Notes under the pieces: generated by a model
Seen by the model: only the letters and a program-made list of their open reading frames with translations
Database searches by the model: none
What the model was told of the DNA's origin: nothing
Program-made: the position numbers and the translations under genes
Shown: positions 33,932 to 43,142 of the stretch, piece after piece
Layout: every line of letters starts with the position of its first letter
How positions within the stretch are numbered: position 1 is the first letter of the stretch
Sequence record: PZ386964.1
Direction: 5' to 3' (one strand)
From: a phage
Length of the DNA: 64,000 nt

Positions 33932-36214
33932 TTATTTTGCTGCTTTCAGCGCGGCTATCTCTGCCTTGAGTTCATCAATCTGATCCATCAATGCGAGAAT
34001 AGCCTCGTGGTGCAATGCCGCTGCCACTCCGTAAGTGTCGACTGACTTGACATCCTTGACCACGGTCCCATCAGCCAGTTCCATATCACCTGAAACAGAA
34101 ACGGCTTCTGGGAAATCAACCTCAACATCTTGAGCCACGAATCCAAAACCTACTTTCGCGCCGTCAGTTTTCAATCGCCATGACACGCCATTAATCCTTT
34201 TCATCTTGGTCAATGGGTCTTGAATCTTGACAATCTCATCCTTGATTCTGACGTCTGAAGAAGTACCCCAACCGCCAGCGCAAACAGCATTACCTGCTTG
34301 CAGGAATTGGAAATACTTGTTGGTGCCTGCACCGCCAGCAGTAGTGGTCATTATGGTTACATCGCCATTACGCTCAGAATATACCCGACCATACGTTGCT
34401 GTGTTGGCACTGTTCTTAAAATCGATGAACGATTGGTTGTTGGTGTTCCCAATGAACGTCGCTTGACCACCACGCGATATAAGCTGCCCTCTTGCATCAA
34501 CGTTTCCAGAGCTAGTGATCAAGTTACTTGGAACAATCAAGTTGCCGTTGTCGACAAAATCGAATGCCTGGCTGGCGGCAGTAGTTAAATTGGTAACTGT
34601 CAATCGCATATAATAATTGCCACCGATAACAGCGCGAATGCGCATGCGACCTTCAGCCTCGACAGCAGTCCCCACTCGATACTCCGACATGACGCTGCCG
34701 CCGTCAGCGGTCGTGCCTGGACCCGGAATTGCCGCATCACCGTTTATAACAGACCATTGCGTATTCGCGGCAACAAACCCACCCGATGCACGAATAACCC
34801 AAACGCCAACAAAGTTACGCGGAAGTATGTTGTCAGTTATTGAGTTGCGACCGTAAACAGGACTTGATCTTGAAGCCCTAAAATTTATGTCGAATGACGC
34901 GCTTACTCCAGGGTGACTTGAGTTCCATTGGTTCATAGGAGTTGATTCAGACTTGCCATTCATCCCTAATGCGCCTGACGCATTGTCATATGCAGCGGCT
35001 TGGAATCCATAAAAACTAGGGATTTCACCAATTATGTTAGGTGCCGCTGCAGCGAATATCAGCCCATCGTCACCAGAGTTGCCGCCATCACCTCTTCCAA
35101 ACAATGCTTGGATAGAACCAGTTTGAACGCCGTTCTTATCAGGCACGCGAAATGTCGTTGTGCCGTTACCCAGAGAATACTTGCCGCGCTTTGTAGGGTC
35201 CGCAAGCCAGTCAGAATCGGCAATAGGGGAAAGCATTTGAGCATATGCCCAAAGCTCAGGCCAGTCTGCACGGTTAAGCAATTGCCCATCGGCAACAACT
35301 TCGTATGGTTGAATATAAGCGCGACTGTCACGCAGATGGAAATCACCTACACCATAGTTCATGACGCCGTTCATGCTTGGTCCAACGGTGCCTGTGTTTA
35401 CTAAGTTCTCAACCCAACGCTTGGTTGCAGCATCATAATCGTTAACAGGATCACCAGCCAGCGGAGTTGAACCTTGTGGACGAATGTTTAACCATGCTTG
35501 AGCATTATCCGCCGAACCAGTGCCGCCCATGGAAGTTGGAACGATGTTTTGATCAGCGACAGAACCAAACCCAAATGTTGTTTTCATTCCCTGAACTGTC
35601 GTTTGCCCTGTTCCGCCGTTGGCAATTGGAATTACATCCTTATCTGTATATATTTTGCGCCACTGAAACCAAGTCTGAGATTCGGCAGAGTATGCGCGCG
35701 CATATATTATTCCACTATCCCAAACGGAATATCTTTGAACGCAAGATTCAGTCAACACTCCTGTTTGTAACACTTCTAAAACGCCAGCCTTCTGAACAGG
35801 ATAATTTAAAGAAGGTGAAGCATTCGCATTGCCCTCCTGAAAATACTTACCGAACCATGAACCAGTCAAAGCATTAAGGTTTATCCCAGATGGAATTGCT
35901 CCAAAATTCCTCTCAGTATTAGTAAGAGTTGCGGCAGTGGTTCGAATAGAAAGCAAATCGCCAGCCGCCCATGCACGCGCTGCAGTACCTTCCTGTGCAC
36001 GCTGCACGGTTAGAACGTTCCCAACCACGGCTGTTACTGTGACGATTTCGAATTGGAGGCCTGTTGCAGCGTCGACAATTGTCGCCACTACACGCTCGTT
36101 TGCGCCCAAAGTCGGAAAGCCCGACCCTGAGCGAATTGTGATTGTGGTGTCTGAAGTCGTCGTTGGTTGAGCCAGCGCGACCTCAAAGTTGTTTTTGAAT
36201 ATTAGCCTTGGCAT
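33932..36214 (-). CDS. tail fibre/tailspike protein with C-terminal intramolecular chaperone (peptidase S74-like) domain
   Basis: 760 aa; Gly/Thr/Ser/Asn-rich beta-type sequence; C-terminal ...SSDVRIKDE...GVSWRLKTD...VAQDVE... and terminal coiled coil ELKAEIAALKAAK match the auto-cleaving chaperone domain of endosialidase-type fibres. Confidence 0.65.
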   Translation of the reverse strand: MPRLIFKNNFEVALAQPTTTSDTTITIRSGSGFPTLGANERVVATIVDAATGLQFEIVTVTAVVGNVLTVQRAQEGTAARAWAAGDLLSIRTTAATLTNTERNFGAIPSGINLNALTGSWFGKYFQEGNANASPSLNYPVQKAGVLEVLQTGVLTESCVQRYSVWDSGIIYARAYSAESQTWFQWRKIYTDKDVIPIANGGTGQTTVQGMKTTFGFGSVADQNIVPTSMGGTGSADNAQAWLNIRPQGSTPLAGDPVNDYDAATKRWVENLVNTGTVGPSMNGVMNYGVGDFHLRDSRAYIQPYEVVADGQLLNRADWPELWAYAQMLSPIADSDWLADPTKRGKYSLGNGTTTFRVPDKNGVQTGSIQALFGRGDGGNSGDDGLIFAAAAPNIIGEIPSFYGFQAAAYDNASGALGMNGKSESTPMNQWNSSHPGVSASFDINFRASRSSPVYGRNSITDNILPRNFVGVWVIRASGGFVAANTQWSVINGDAAIPGPGTTADGGSVMSEYRVGTAVEAEGRMRIRAVIGGNYYMRLTVTNLTTAASQAFDFVDNGNLIVPSNLITSSGNVDARGQLISRGGQATFIGNTNNQSFIDFKNSANTATYGRVYSERNGDVTIMTTTAGGAGTNKYFQFLQAGNAVCAGGWGTSSDVRIKDEIVKIQDPLTKMKRINGVSWRLKTDGAKVGFGFVAQDVEVDFPEAVSVSGDMELADGTVVKDVKSVDTYGVAAALHHEAILALMDQIDELKAEIAALKAAK

Positions 36215-36252
36215 TTTACGGTCCTCGTTTTGTCGACAACCGTATTATAACC

Positions 36253-36594
36253 TTAATTTCTTTTGAGAGGAATATGACGGTGGCTGCCATTATTTGGTTT
36301 AATAATGAGCATAAAAACGATTAGAAAGATGATGGCTGATATACTTAATTCAATCAGCGCGGCTTGAGATATAGATTGATCTTCATGATACTGCTTTTGC
36401 ATTTCTGCTTTCTTCTGAGCGCAAACTTCAGGCGATATATAATCACCTTTTGAGTTGCCATAATAAATTTCGCCGTTTTCAGAAATCAGTCTGCCACAAA
36501 TATCCGTTTCAGCCTGTGCGCTTGACATCATAATAACAGTTCCGATGATAGCGGCGATAGTCCAGATTAACAGTTGTGATAAAGTGTCGTTCAT
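36253..36594 (-). CDS. secreted/membrane hypothetical protein
   Basis: Start at MNDTLSQLLIWTIAAIIGTVIMMSSAQA (signal-peptide-like), C-terminal hydrophobic segment AIIFLIVFMLII. Confidence 0.4.
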   Translation of the reverse strand: MNDTLSQLLIWTIAAIIGTVIMMSSAQAETDICGRLISENGEIYYGNSKGDYISPEVCAQKKAEMQKQYHEDQSISQAALIELSISAIIFLIVFMLIIKPNNGSHRHIPLKRN

Positions 36595-36790
36595 AATAAC
36601 CTCTTTAAATTCCCTTCCCATTTCGGGAAGGGTGATGATTATTTTACGCGAAAGAATAGGCGCGTGCCACACAGCGAGTCCCAACGGCCCTCACCATCCC
36701 ATATCGACCCAACACCAGCAGCGATTGGGCCAGCAGAATTGGCGGCATTGGCCCAAGCAAGACGTTTCAACTTCCAACTGCACCAACGAT

Positions 36791-37024
36791 TCACAGTTCA
36801 TCTCCAGATTGCAGAACAAGTCCCGCATAGAGGATTGCCAAGGCCAAAGGTGCACCACCACCAGCCTCTCTATTCTCTTTGATTTGAAGAGTATCCTTAA
36901 GGAATTGCAACTGAACGTTGAATTCATTTTCAATTCCAAGAACCCCAGCCAATTCTTTTACAGAATCTGCACATGCCTTATCTAGCACTTCTTTTGGTAC
37001 TTTTAAAGTTAATTCACTTACCAT
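36791..37024 (-). CDS. hypothetical protein
   Basis: Start at MVSELTLKVPK...; C-terminal hydrophobic stretch. Confidence 0.35.
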   Translation of the reverse strand: MVSELTLKVPKEVLDKACADSVKELAGVLGIENEFNVQLQFLKDTLQIKENREAGGGAPLALAILYAGLVLQSGDEL

Positions 37025-37235
37025 TTTCTTTCCACTCCACAAATGTGCTGCCGCTCGCTTCTCTGTTTAGCAGGTATCTGCCGCGCATACCATGAAGGCT
37101 GAATTCAGCCGTCGATGGATTAGATTTTGAAAGCCATATAGGCTGCCCGTCGAATGGACCGCCTACGCATGTATATTTCGCTTTTGGCTCACTCCTTTTG
37201 GGCCGTTTTGCCCTCTCTTTTATTGATAGTCTCAT
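37014..37235 (-). CDS. hypothetical protein
   Basis: 73 aa ORF. Confidence 0.35.
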   Translation of the reverse strand: MRLSIKERAKRPKRSEPKAKYTCVGGPFDGQPIWLSKSNPSTAEFSLHGMRGRYLLNREASGSTFVEWKENGK

Positions 37236-37450
37236 CAGTCTTCACCTTGAGATTCCAGACAAGTAAGGACAAGCCACGTCATCGGAAGAATCAAAACCAG
37301 AGAAATGAGGGACCAGATAGACCAGCACAAGATGACAGACTTGAATGTGTGAACGTCGCCAAACGCAGCAGTAAAACAGAATCCCATTACAAATGCAATA
37401 GCTGTGGAATGGTTATCTATGGCTTTGATGGCACGGTCGATGAGTTTCAT
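37235..37450 (-). CDS. small membrane protein (two predicted TM segments); holin-like candidate
   Basis: 71 aa; hydrophobic segments AIAFVMGFCFTAAF and SIWSLISLVLILPMTWLVLT; RBS GGAAGGT; first gene after the minus-strand promoter. Confidence 0.4.
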   Translation of the reverse strand: MKLIDRAIKAIDNHSTAIAFVMGFCFTAAFGDVHTFKSVILCWSIWSLISLVLILPMTWLVLTCLESQGED

Positions 37451-37476
37451 ATTACCTCCGGTTTTGAGTTAATATG

Positions 37477-37504
37477 ATTATAACGCAGACTTTCAGAAAG
37501 GCAA
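37477..37504 (-). promoter_or_regulatory. sigma70-like promoter for the leftward tail-fibre operon
   Basis: Minus-strand TTGCCT -16- TATAAT about 27 nt upstream of ATG 37450. Confidence 0.5.
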
Positions 37505-37520
37505 ACTTTTTGTGAATTTT

Positions 37521-37551
37521 AATCAAAAAAATGGCCAGAAAAAATCTGGCC
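37521..37551 (-). terminator. hairpin with U-run on the minus strand (terminator-like)
   Basis: GGCCAGA-AAAAA-TCTGGCC stem-loop; plus-strand A7 precedes it, so on the minus strand it is followed by U7. Confidence 0.4.
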
Positions 37552-37627
37552 GAAAGATCACCCTTTATCCACTACTAAGCTGGAATCATAATTTTACTTG
37601 ATATAGCTTGTACAAGCAAACTATAAT

Positions 37628-39088
37628 ATGAATAAAATATTAACACATAATTGGAAATTCATGTACCAGTTGAATCCTGCTTTAAAAGAAGTCTGGAAGA
37701 CAAAAGCGCGATACAAAGTAATATACGGCGGTCGTGCATCTTCCAAATCGCACGATGCCGCTGGTTTTGCTATTTATTTGGCGGCAAACTTCAAATTAAA
37801 ATTCCTTTGCGTTCGACAATTCCAGAACAAGATTTCTGAATCTGTATATACTCTATTAAAAGATAAAATAGAGATTTCTGATTTTAAAGATGAGTTCAAT
37901 TTATTAAAGAACTCTATCGAGCATAAAAGAACTAAATCTGAATTTCTATTTTACGGTATCGCACGTAACGTTGATGAAATTAAATCAACGGAAGGCGTTG
38001 ATGTTCTTTGGCTGGAAGAAGCGCACGCACTTACTGAAGAACAGTGGGACATTATTGAGCCGACAATCCGTAAAGAAGGGTCAGAAATATGGATCATCTT
38101 TAACCCTGATGAAGAGGCCGATTTCGTCTACCAAAACTTTGTTATGCGACCGCCGAAGAATGCCATAGTTAAAAAGATAAACTGGCAAGACAACCCATTC
38201 TTGTCGCAAACAATGCTGGATGTTATCGCAGGCATGTACGAGCGCGACCCGAAAAAGGCAGAGCACGTTTATGGCGGCGTGCCGAAGACTGGTGGCGATA
38301 AATCTGTAATCAACCGTGCATTCGTTAAGGCCGCGCTAAATCTCCACAAACATCCTACGCTGGGGTGGAGTTTGTCAGGGTCCAACCGTATAGGCTTTGA
38401 CGTAGCGGACGATGGCGACGACCTTAACGCCACTGCATTCGTCACAGGAAACGTATTGCGCGGCATCAAGACGTGGGAAGGTCTGGAAGATGAATTGTTG
38501 AAATCGGCAAGCGGAGTTTGGAAAGATGCGCTTACATTTGGCGCTTCTATAACTTATGACGCCATCGGTGTCGGCGCTTTTGCTGGTTCAAAATTTGATG
38601 AACTGAACGAGTATGCAATACATGAAAATCCATCATTTCCAAGAATCGAATTTAATGCGTTCAATGCGCAAGGGTCTGTTGATGATCCTGATGACGTTTT
38701 TCTTGAATTACCACACGTTGAAATACTCAATAAAGACCATTTCGCAAACATAAAAGCGCAAAAGTGGACTGAAATTGCAGAGAGATTCAGAAAGACATAC
38801 GAATATGCAACTGGGCAAGCCGTATATCCGACTGATGAATTGATTTCAATCGACACCGATGGCATACCGGAACTTGGGATTCCAGCTTGGACTACTGAAG
38901 AGATTGAGACGTTTCTTTTTGAGATGTCAGCGCCGCGCAAAGACACTTCTGTTCTTGGCAAGTTCAAAGTTGAATCCAAAAAGGATATGGCAAAGCGTGG
39001 AGTCAAATCACCTAACAAAGCGGACGCAGCAATCATGGCATTGATGAAACCAATCGTTGCAGCATCCGGCTTCTTCTCTAACCTTTAA
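37628..39088 (+). CDS. terL: terminase large subunit
   Basis: 486 aa; Walker A VIYGGRASSKSH, Walker B-like DVLWLEEAH, C-terminal nuclease-like region with acidic residues. No obvious RBS before ATG 37628, so start is uncertain. Confidence 0.7.
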   Translation: MNKILTHNWKFMYQLNPALKEVWKTKARYKVIYGGRASSKSHDAAGFAIYLAANFKLKFLCVRQFQNKISESVYTLLKDKIEISDFKDEFNLLKNSIEHKRTKSEFLFYGIARNVDEIKSTEGVDVLWLEEAHALTEEQWDIIEPTIRKEGSEIWIIFNPDEEADFVYQNFVMRPPKNAIVKKINWQDNPFLSQTMLDVIAGMYERDPKKAEHVYGGVPKTGGDKSVINRAFVKAALNLHKHPTLGWSLSGSNRIGFDVADDGDDLNATAFVTGNVLRGIKTWEGLEDELLKSASGVWKDALTFGASITYDAIGVGAFAGSKFDELNEYAIHENPSFPRIEFNAFNAQGSVDDPDDVFLELPHVEILNKDHFANIKAQKWTEIAERFRKTYEYATGQAVYPTDELISIDTDGIPELGIPAWTTEEIETFLFEMSAPRKDTSVLGKFKVESKKDMAKRGVKSPNKADAAIMALMKPIVAASGFFSNL

Positions 39089-39091
39089 CAA

Positions 39092-39331
39092 TCAAAGCAT
39101 TCCGTGCTGAAGGTCAAGCTTTCTTGCGGCAAACGACCTGGCACGGAATCGCTTACCCGCTCTTACCGCCTGCCGAATCTTCTTTTGCATACACTTACGG
39201 TCAAAATCGTTGCGGTCAACGGCTTCGAGTAAATCCCGACGCAAAGCACCTAGTGTCGCCTTTTCGGATAATTCTACGCCCAGCGCGGCTGCAACGTCTT
39301 TCAAAACATCGAGTTCGGTTAACGTTCTCAC
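39092..39331 (-). CDS. hypothetical small basic protein
   Basis: 79 aa; Arg-rich C-terminus; second gene of an opposite-strand two-gene unit. Confidence 0.4.
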   Translation of the reverse strand: MRTLTELDVLKDVAAALGVELSEKATLGALRRDLLEAVDRNDFDRKCMQKKIRQAVRAGKRFRARSFAARKLDLQHGML

Positions 39332-39744
39332 TTGATAATCCCCTTGATGTCTGATTCTGCCATAAAGATTGGAGTGCCGCCGCCAGGAACAATCGAGCGC
39401 GTTACTTTGTCGAACATATCGTTTTCTTCAACTTGAATACGATAAAATTTATTCTTGGATGAAGATGGGCACAATCCCATGAATTTACCAATGCCGCGAA
39501 CGCATTCATCTTCAAAGTATACTGTTTCACCTTGAATGGATTCGATGTTTTCAACCGGATACACCTTGCGACCTAAAAGCCACTCATCCATGGTCGCCTG
39601 CAACACGTTTCGCGCATCCAAAATCCAAGGGTCAACTGTGGCACCTTCATATCGCGCAGCAGTGGCTTTTGCCAGCTCTTCATATTCGCATACGTTTACT
39701 ACTTCGCCTTGATGAAGGACGACAAATACAATTGTTGTGCTCAT
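39328..39744 (-). CDS. hypothetical protein
   Basis: 138 aa; strong RBS AAAGGAG; own minus-strand promoter. Confidence 0.45.
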   Translation of the reverse strand: MSTTIVFVVLHQGEVVNVCEYEELAKATAARYEGATVDPWILDARNVLQATMDEWLLGRKVYPVENIESIQGETVYFEDECVRGIGKFMGLCPSSSKNKFYRIQVEENDMFDKVTRSIVPGGGTPIFMAESDIKGIIK

Positions 39745-39771
39745 TTCAATCTCCTTTCGTTTGGTTAACTA

Positions 39772-39800
39772 AAATATAACTCAAAATGATACAAAAGCAA
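39772..39800 (-). promoter_or_regulatory. sigma70-like promoter (minus strand) for 39744-39092 unit
   Basis: Minus-strand TTGCTT -17- TATATT. Confidence 0.4.
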
Positions 39801-39839
39801 AATATTTTATGAACTATTTATGATTACTATACATATCAT

Positions 39840-39868
39840 TTGCTTACAAACACATGAATATTTATAAT
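39840..39868 (+). promoter_or_regulatory. sigma70-like promoter upstream of portal gene
   Basis: TTGCTT -17- TATAAT; RBS AGGTGG then ATG 39907. Confidence 0.5.
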
Positions 39869-39906
39869 ATAGATTGATTCCCTTTCACTGTCAGGTGGCG
39901 TTAACA

Positions 39907-42282
39907 ATGAAAATTCTTGGCATAAAACTCTGGGAGAAGACGCAACCAGAAGCCGAACCAGCGGAGATGCCGCCAGGCGACCCATTGGCACCGTTTGAAC
40001 GCCTTGAAAGGCGCGGCAGCGGTCAACGCTGGGAAAAGACTGAAAGCAATCGACCGACCTTTAAAACGGTTGATGACTTCCCTTTATATGAGCCTGATAT
40101 TAACGGGGACGGTGTTGCAATCATCAAAGGTCGCTCAGTAGATTCAGCAACCGTATCCAAAAAAGTTATGGATAATGCCTTAAAGAACATCAGTTCAGAA
40201 GGGCAGGTGAATCCATACACAGTGCCTATTCAGTTGCAAAACTGGTACTTATCGCAATCATTTATCGGATATCAAGCTTGCGCAATTATCGCGCAGCACT
40301 GGCTGGTGAACAAGGCTTGTTCCATGGTAGGCCGCGATGCGGTCCGTAAAGGCTGGGAAGTCAAATCCAGTTCTGAGTCGGAATTGTCAGTACAGGCCAG
40401 CGAACGCCTAAAGCAAATTGATAAAGAATTTAATATCAAAGAGCACTTAGTTGAAGCCGAACGATTCAAGAATATTTTTGGCATTCGCGTCATCATATTT
40501 GACGTGCGCAGCGATGACCCAGAATATTATAGCAAACCTTTTAACATCGATGGTGTGACAAAAGGGTCTTATAAGGGAATTATTCAGGTTGACCCTTATT
40601 GGATGATGCCATTCTTGACGTCTGAAAACACCGCCGACCCTGCATCACAGCACTTCTATGATCCAGAATACTGGGTGATCAGCGGACAACGTTATCACCG
40701 CAGCCACCTCATCATCTTGCGCAATGATGAGCCAGCTGATATTCTCAAGCCGACTTATATTTACGGCGGCATTCCTCTGACTCAGCAGATTTATGAACGC
40801 ATCTATGCCGCTGAGCGTACCGCCAACGAAGCGCCATTGCTGGCGATGTCCAAGCGTACAACCACGCTGCGGACCGACGTTGACAAGGCGATTGCCAATG
40901 AGAGGTCTTTTGCTGAACGTCTGATGATGTGGATTAAGTACCGCGACAACTATGCAGTCAAAGTGCTTGGTCAAAAAGAAGAGATGGACCAGTTCGACAT
41001 CAACTTGTCAGACTTCGATAGCATCATCATGAACCAGTACCAGCTGGTGGCTGCAATCGCAAAAGTTCCGTCAACCAAACTGCTTGGGACTTCGCCAAAA
41101 GGCTTTAACGCCACTGGTGAATTTGAGATGGTCAGCTATCACGAAGAGTTGGAAACGTGCCAGCAACATGACCTGACAAAAATTCTCGACCGCCATTATA
41201 AAATCCTTCTCAAATCAGAAGGGGTGGAAGTCGATGTTAAGGTTGCATGGGAACCAGTTGGCTCACTTACTGCCACTCAACTTGCAGAAATCAACGACAA
41301 GCGAGCTAACACTGGCAAAACTCTCATTGATGCTGGAGTCATTTCTCCTGATGAAGAGCGCGACCGCATCAAAGACGACAAAAACAGCGGCTACAACCGT
41401 CTGCCGGAAGACGCAGCAGAAGAAACCCCAGGGATGTCTCCAGAGAATATGGCATTGCTTGGCAAGTCTGCTGGTGAAGTCTTGCAAGGTAAGGCCGATA
41501 TTGAACAGGCGAAAGCTGATGTCGTTAAGATGGGCGGCCAGTTCTATAGCGAAACAGGTATCATGCCAGAAGGTGCCGCGCGTGGTGAGTTGGCGGAAAA
41601 CCCTGACAGAGCGCCTGTCGAAATCAACATGGACGATACCGATGATGAATCAAGCCATCAGGTTGATGTCCTAATGCAGTTGAAAGAAGGTCTGGAGGGT
41701 ATTGCTGATTACTACCTAAAAGAAGGTCAGGATGTGGATTTTGACCCTCAAAAAGATTCAAGGTCGGTGCAACCGTCTACCCTTCCAAGCGTCAAAGGTA
41801 ATGTCGTTAACTTACGACACAACGTTGGAAAGATGGACGCAGCATCATTACCTAAGATGAAGTTGCACGGGCTGATTCTTGGCATTGAGAATCCTCGCAA
41901 CAGCATTCGTAGAGGTAACAGTCTTGACGGTGAATGGGCCGTGAAGATGCCGCACCATTACGGATTCATCAAGGGCACCAAGGGCGCGGACGGCGATGAA
42001 GTAGACTGCTTTGTGGGTCCAAATATGAAGTCGCCGAAAGTCTTTATCGTTAACCAGAACGATAACTACTCTGGCGAGTTTGATGAACACAAGTGCATGC
42101 TTGGATTCGATTCAGCAGAAGAAGCGAAAGAAGCTTATCAAGCATCATTTGGTAACGGTTGGAACGGATTCGACTCAATCCACGAATTGGATGTTAACTC
42201 ATTCAAAGAGTGGTTGAAGGGTGATTGCTCTCAAGCATACGGAGCACTCAATAATCCTACTAATTCACCGAAGCAAGGTTGA
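39907..42282 (+). CDS. portal protein (putative) with C-terminal extension
   Basis: 791 aa from ATG 39907 (the ORF-track start is a TTG inside the RBS); position between terL and the Mu-F-like gene; C-terminal about 150 aa contains HHYGFIKGTKGADGDEVDCFVGP. Confidence 0.5.
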   Translation: MKILGIKLWEKTQPEAEPAEMPPGDPLAPFERLERRGSGQRWEKTESNRPTFKTVDDFPLYEPDINGDGVAIIKGRSVDSATVSKKVMDNALKNISSEGQVNPYTVPIQLQNWYLSQSFIGYQACAIIAQHWLVNKACSMVGRDAVRKGWEVKSSSESELSVQASERLKQIDKEFNIKEHLVEAERFKNIFGIRVIIFDVRSDDPEYYSKPFNIDGVTKGSYKGIIQVDPYWMMPFLTSENTADPASQHFYDPEYWVISGQRYHRSHLIILRNDEPADILKPTYIYGGIPLTQQIYERIYAAERTANEAPLLAMSKRTTTLRTDVDKAIANERSFAERLMMWIKYRDNYAVKVLGQKEEMDQFDINLSDFDSIIMNQYQLVAAIAKVPSTKLLGTSPKGFNATGEFEMVSYHEELETCQQHDLTKILDRHYKILLKSEGVEVDVKVAWEPVGSLTATQLAEINDKRANTGKTLIDAGVISPDEERDRIKDDKNSGYNRLPEDAAEETPGMSPENMALLGKSAGEVLQGKADIEQAKADVVKMGGQFYSETGIMPEGAARGELAENPDRAPVEINMDDTDDESSHQVDVLMQLKEGLEGIADYYLKEGQDVDFDPQKDSRSVQPSTLPSVKGNVVNLRHNVGKMDAASLPKMKLHGLILGIENPRNSIRRGNSLDGEWAVKMPHHYGFIKGTKGADGDEVDCFVGPNMKSPKVFIVNQNDNYSGEFDEHKCMLGFDSAEEAKEAYQASFGNGWNGFDSIHELDVNSFKEWLKGDCSQAYGALNNPTNSPKQG

Positions 42283-42283
42283 T

Positions 42284-43135
42284 ATGGCTTTTAAAGCTTC
42301 GAGAAAACGTGAACGCCGCTCACCCGATAGAATCGGGCGCGGCAGTCCGATAGTACCATCAAATGCTATTGCGATGGCCTACCGTCGTGAGATGAAAGGT
42401 CTTTGCTATGCGATGATTGATGACTATCAGGAAGGCATTTCAGAATGGCTTGACAAGAAGCAGGTGCAAAAGTTTTTTGCGCAAGACTCTGCTGATTCGA
42501 CATTCCAGACCCTTATGAAAAGGCTGCAGCTGAAATGGGCAAAGGCTTTTGCACGTGTTGGGTCAAAGATTGCCGCCGATTTTATCAAATCGGTCGAAAA
42601 GGGCGCTACTTCTGCTACATTCGCCAGCCTTAAGTCAGCAGGCATAGAAGCGCCAAAGGCCACATATAACAAATTCGTTGAGAACACTCTTAGAACAAGC
42701 GAGACGTTCAACACGACTCTAGTGACTAAGGTCGGCGAGGACATTCACAACAGAGTGTACGAAGCAGTCATGCTTTCGTTGACTTCGCCCGACCCAGCCC
42801 AGCAAGGAACGTCAGGCATTCAGGCGGCGTTGCGAAACGTAAAACACTTCTCTGCAAAGAGAGTCGACTTAATCGCTAAAGACCAAACGAGCAAATTGTA
42901 TTGCGTTCTAAGCGATGAAAGGATGCGCCAGAATGGAGTCGAAGAATTTGAGTGGGCGCACTCAGGAGCAGGAAAGGAGCCGCGAATCTCTCATGAGCAC
43001 GTCGACGGAATGAGATTCAAACTTGATGACAAGCGCCTATGGGAAGTTGGCGGCGAATTGAAGTTCAAAAAGGGTGACATCGGTCCTCCTGGATGGGCAA
43101 TACACTGCAAGTGCAGAAAAATACCAATCATTTGA
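42284..43135 (+). CDS. head morphogenesis protein (Mu gpF / SPP1 gp7 family)
   Basis: C-terminal GPPGWAIHCKCRKIP matches the conserved H-x-x-C-R-C motif of this family; start at MAFKASRKR. Confidence 0.6.
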   Translation: MAFKASRKRERRSPDRIGRGSPIVPSNAIAMAYRREMKGLCYAMIDDYQEGISEWLDKKQVQKFFAQDSADSTFQTLMKRLQLKWAKAFARVGSKIAADFIKSVEKGATSATFASLKSAGIEAPKATYNKFVENTLRTSETFNTTLVTKVGEDIHNRVYEAVMLSLTSPDPAQQGTSGIQAALRNVKHFSAKRVDLIAKDQTSKLYCVLSDERMRQNGVEEFEWAHSGAGKEPRISHEHVDGMRFKLDDKRLWEVGGELKFKKGDIGPPGWAIHCKCRKIPII

Positions 43136-43142
43136 GGTCATT

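Noticed and set aside
36691-36939. Minus-strand ORF 36691-36939 (82 aa)
   Set aside because: Cys/Trp-rich improbable translation overlapping the better ORF 36791-37024 in another frame.
39874-39906. ORF-track N-terminal extension of the portal ORF from 39874
   Set aside because: That start is a TTG inside the Shine-Dalgarno region; ATG at 39907 has proper RBS spacing.
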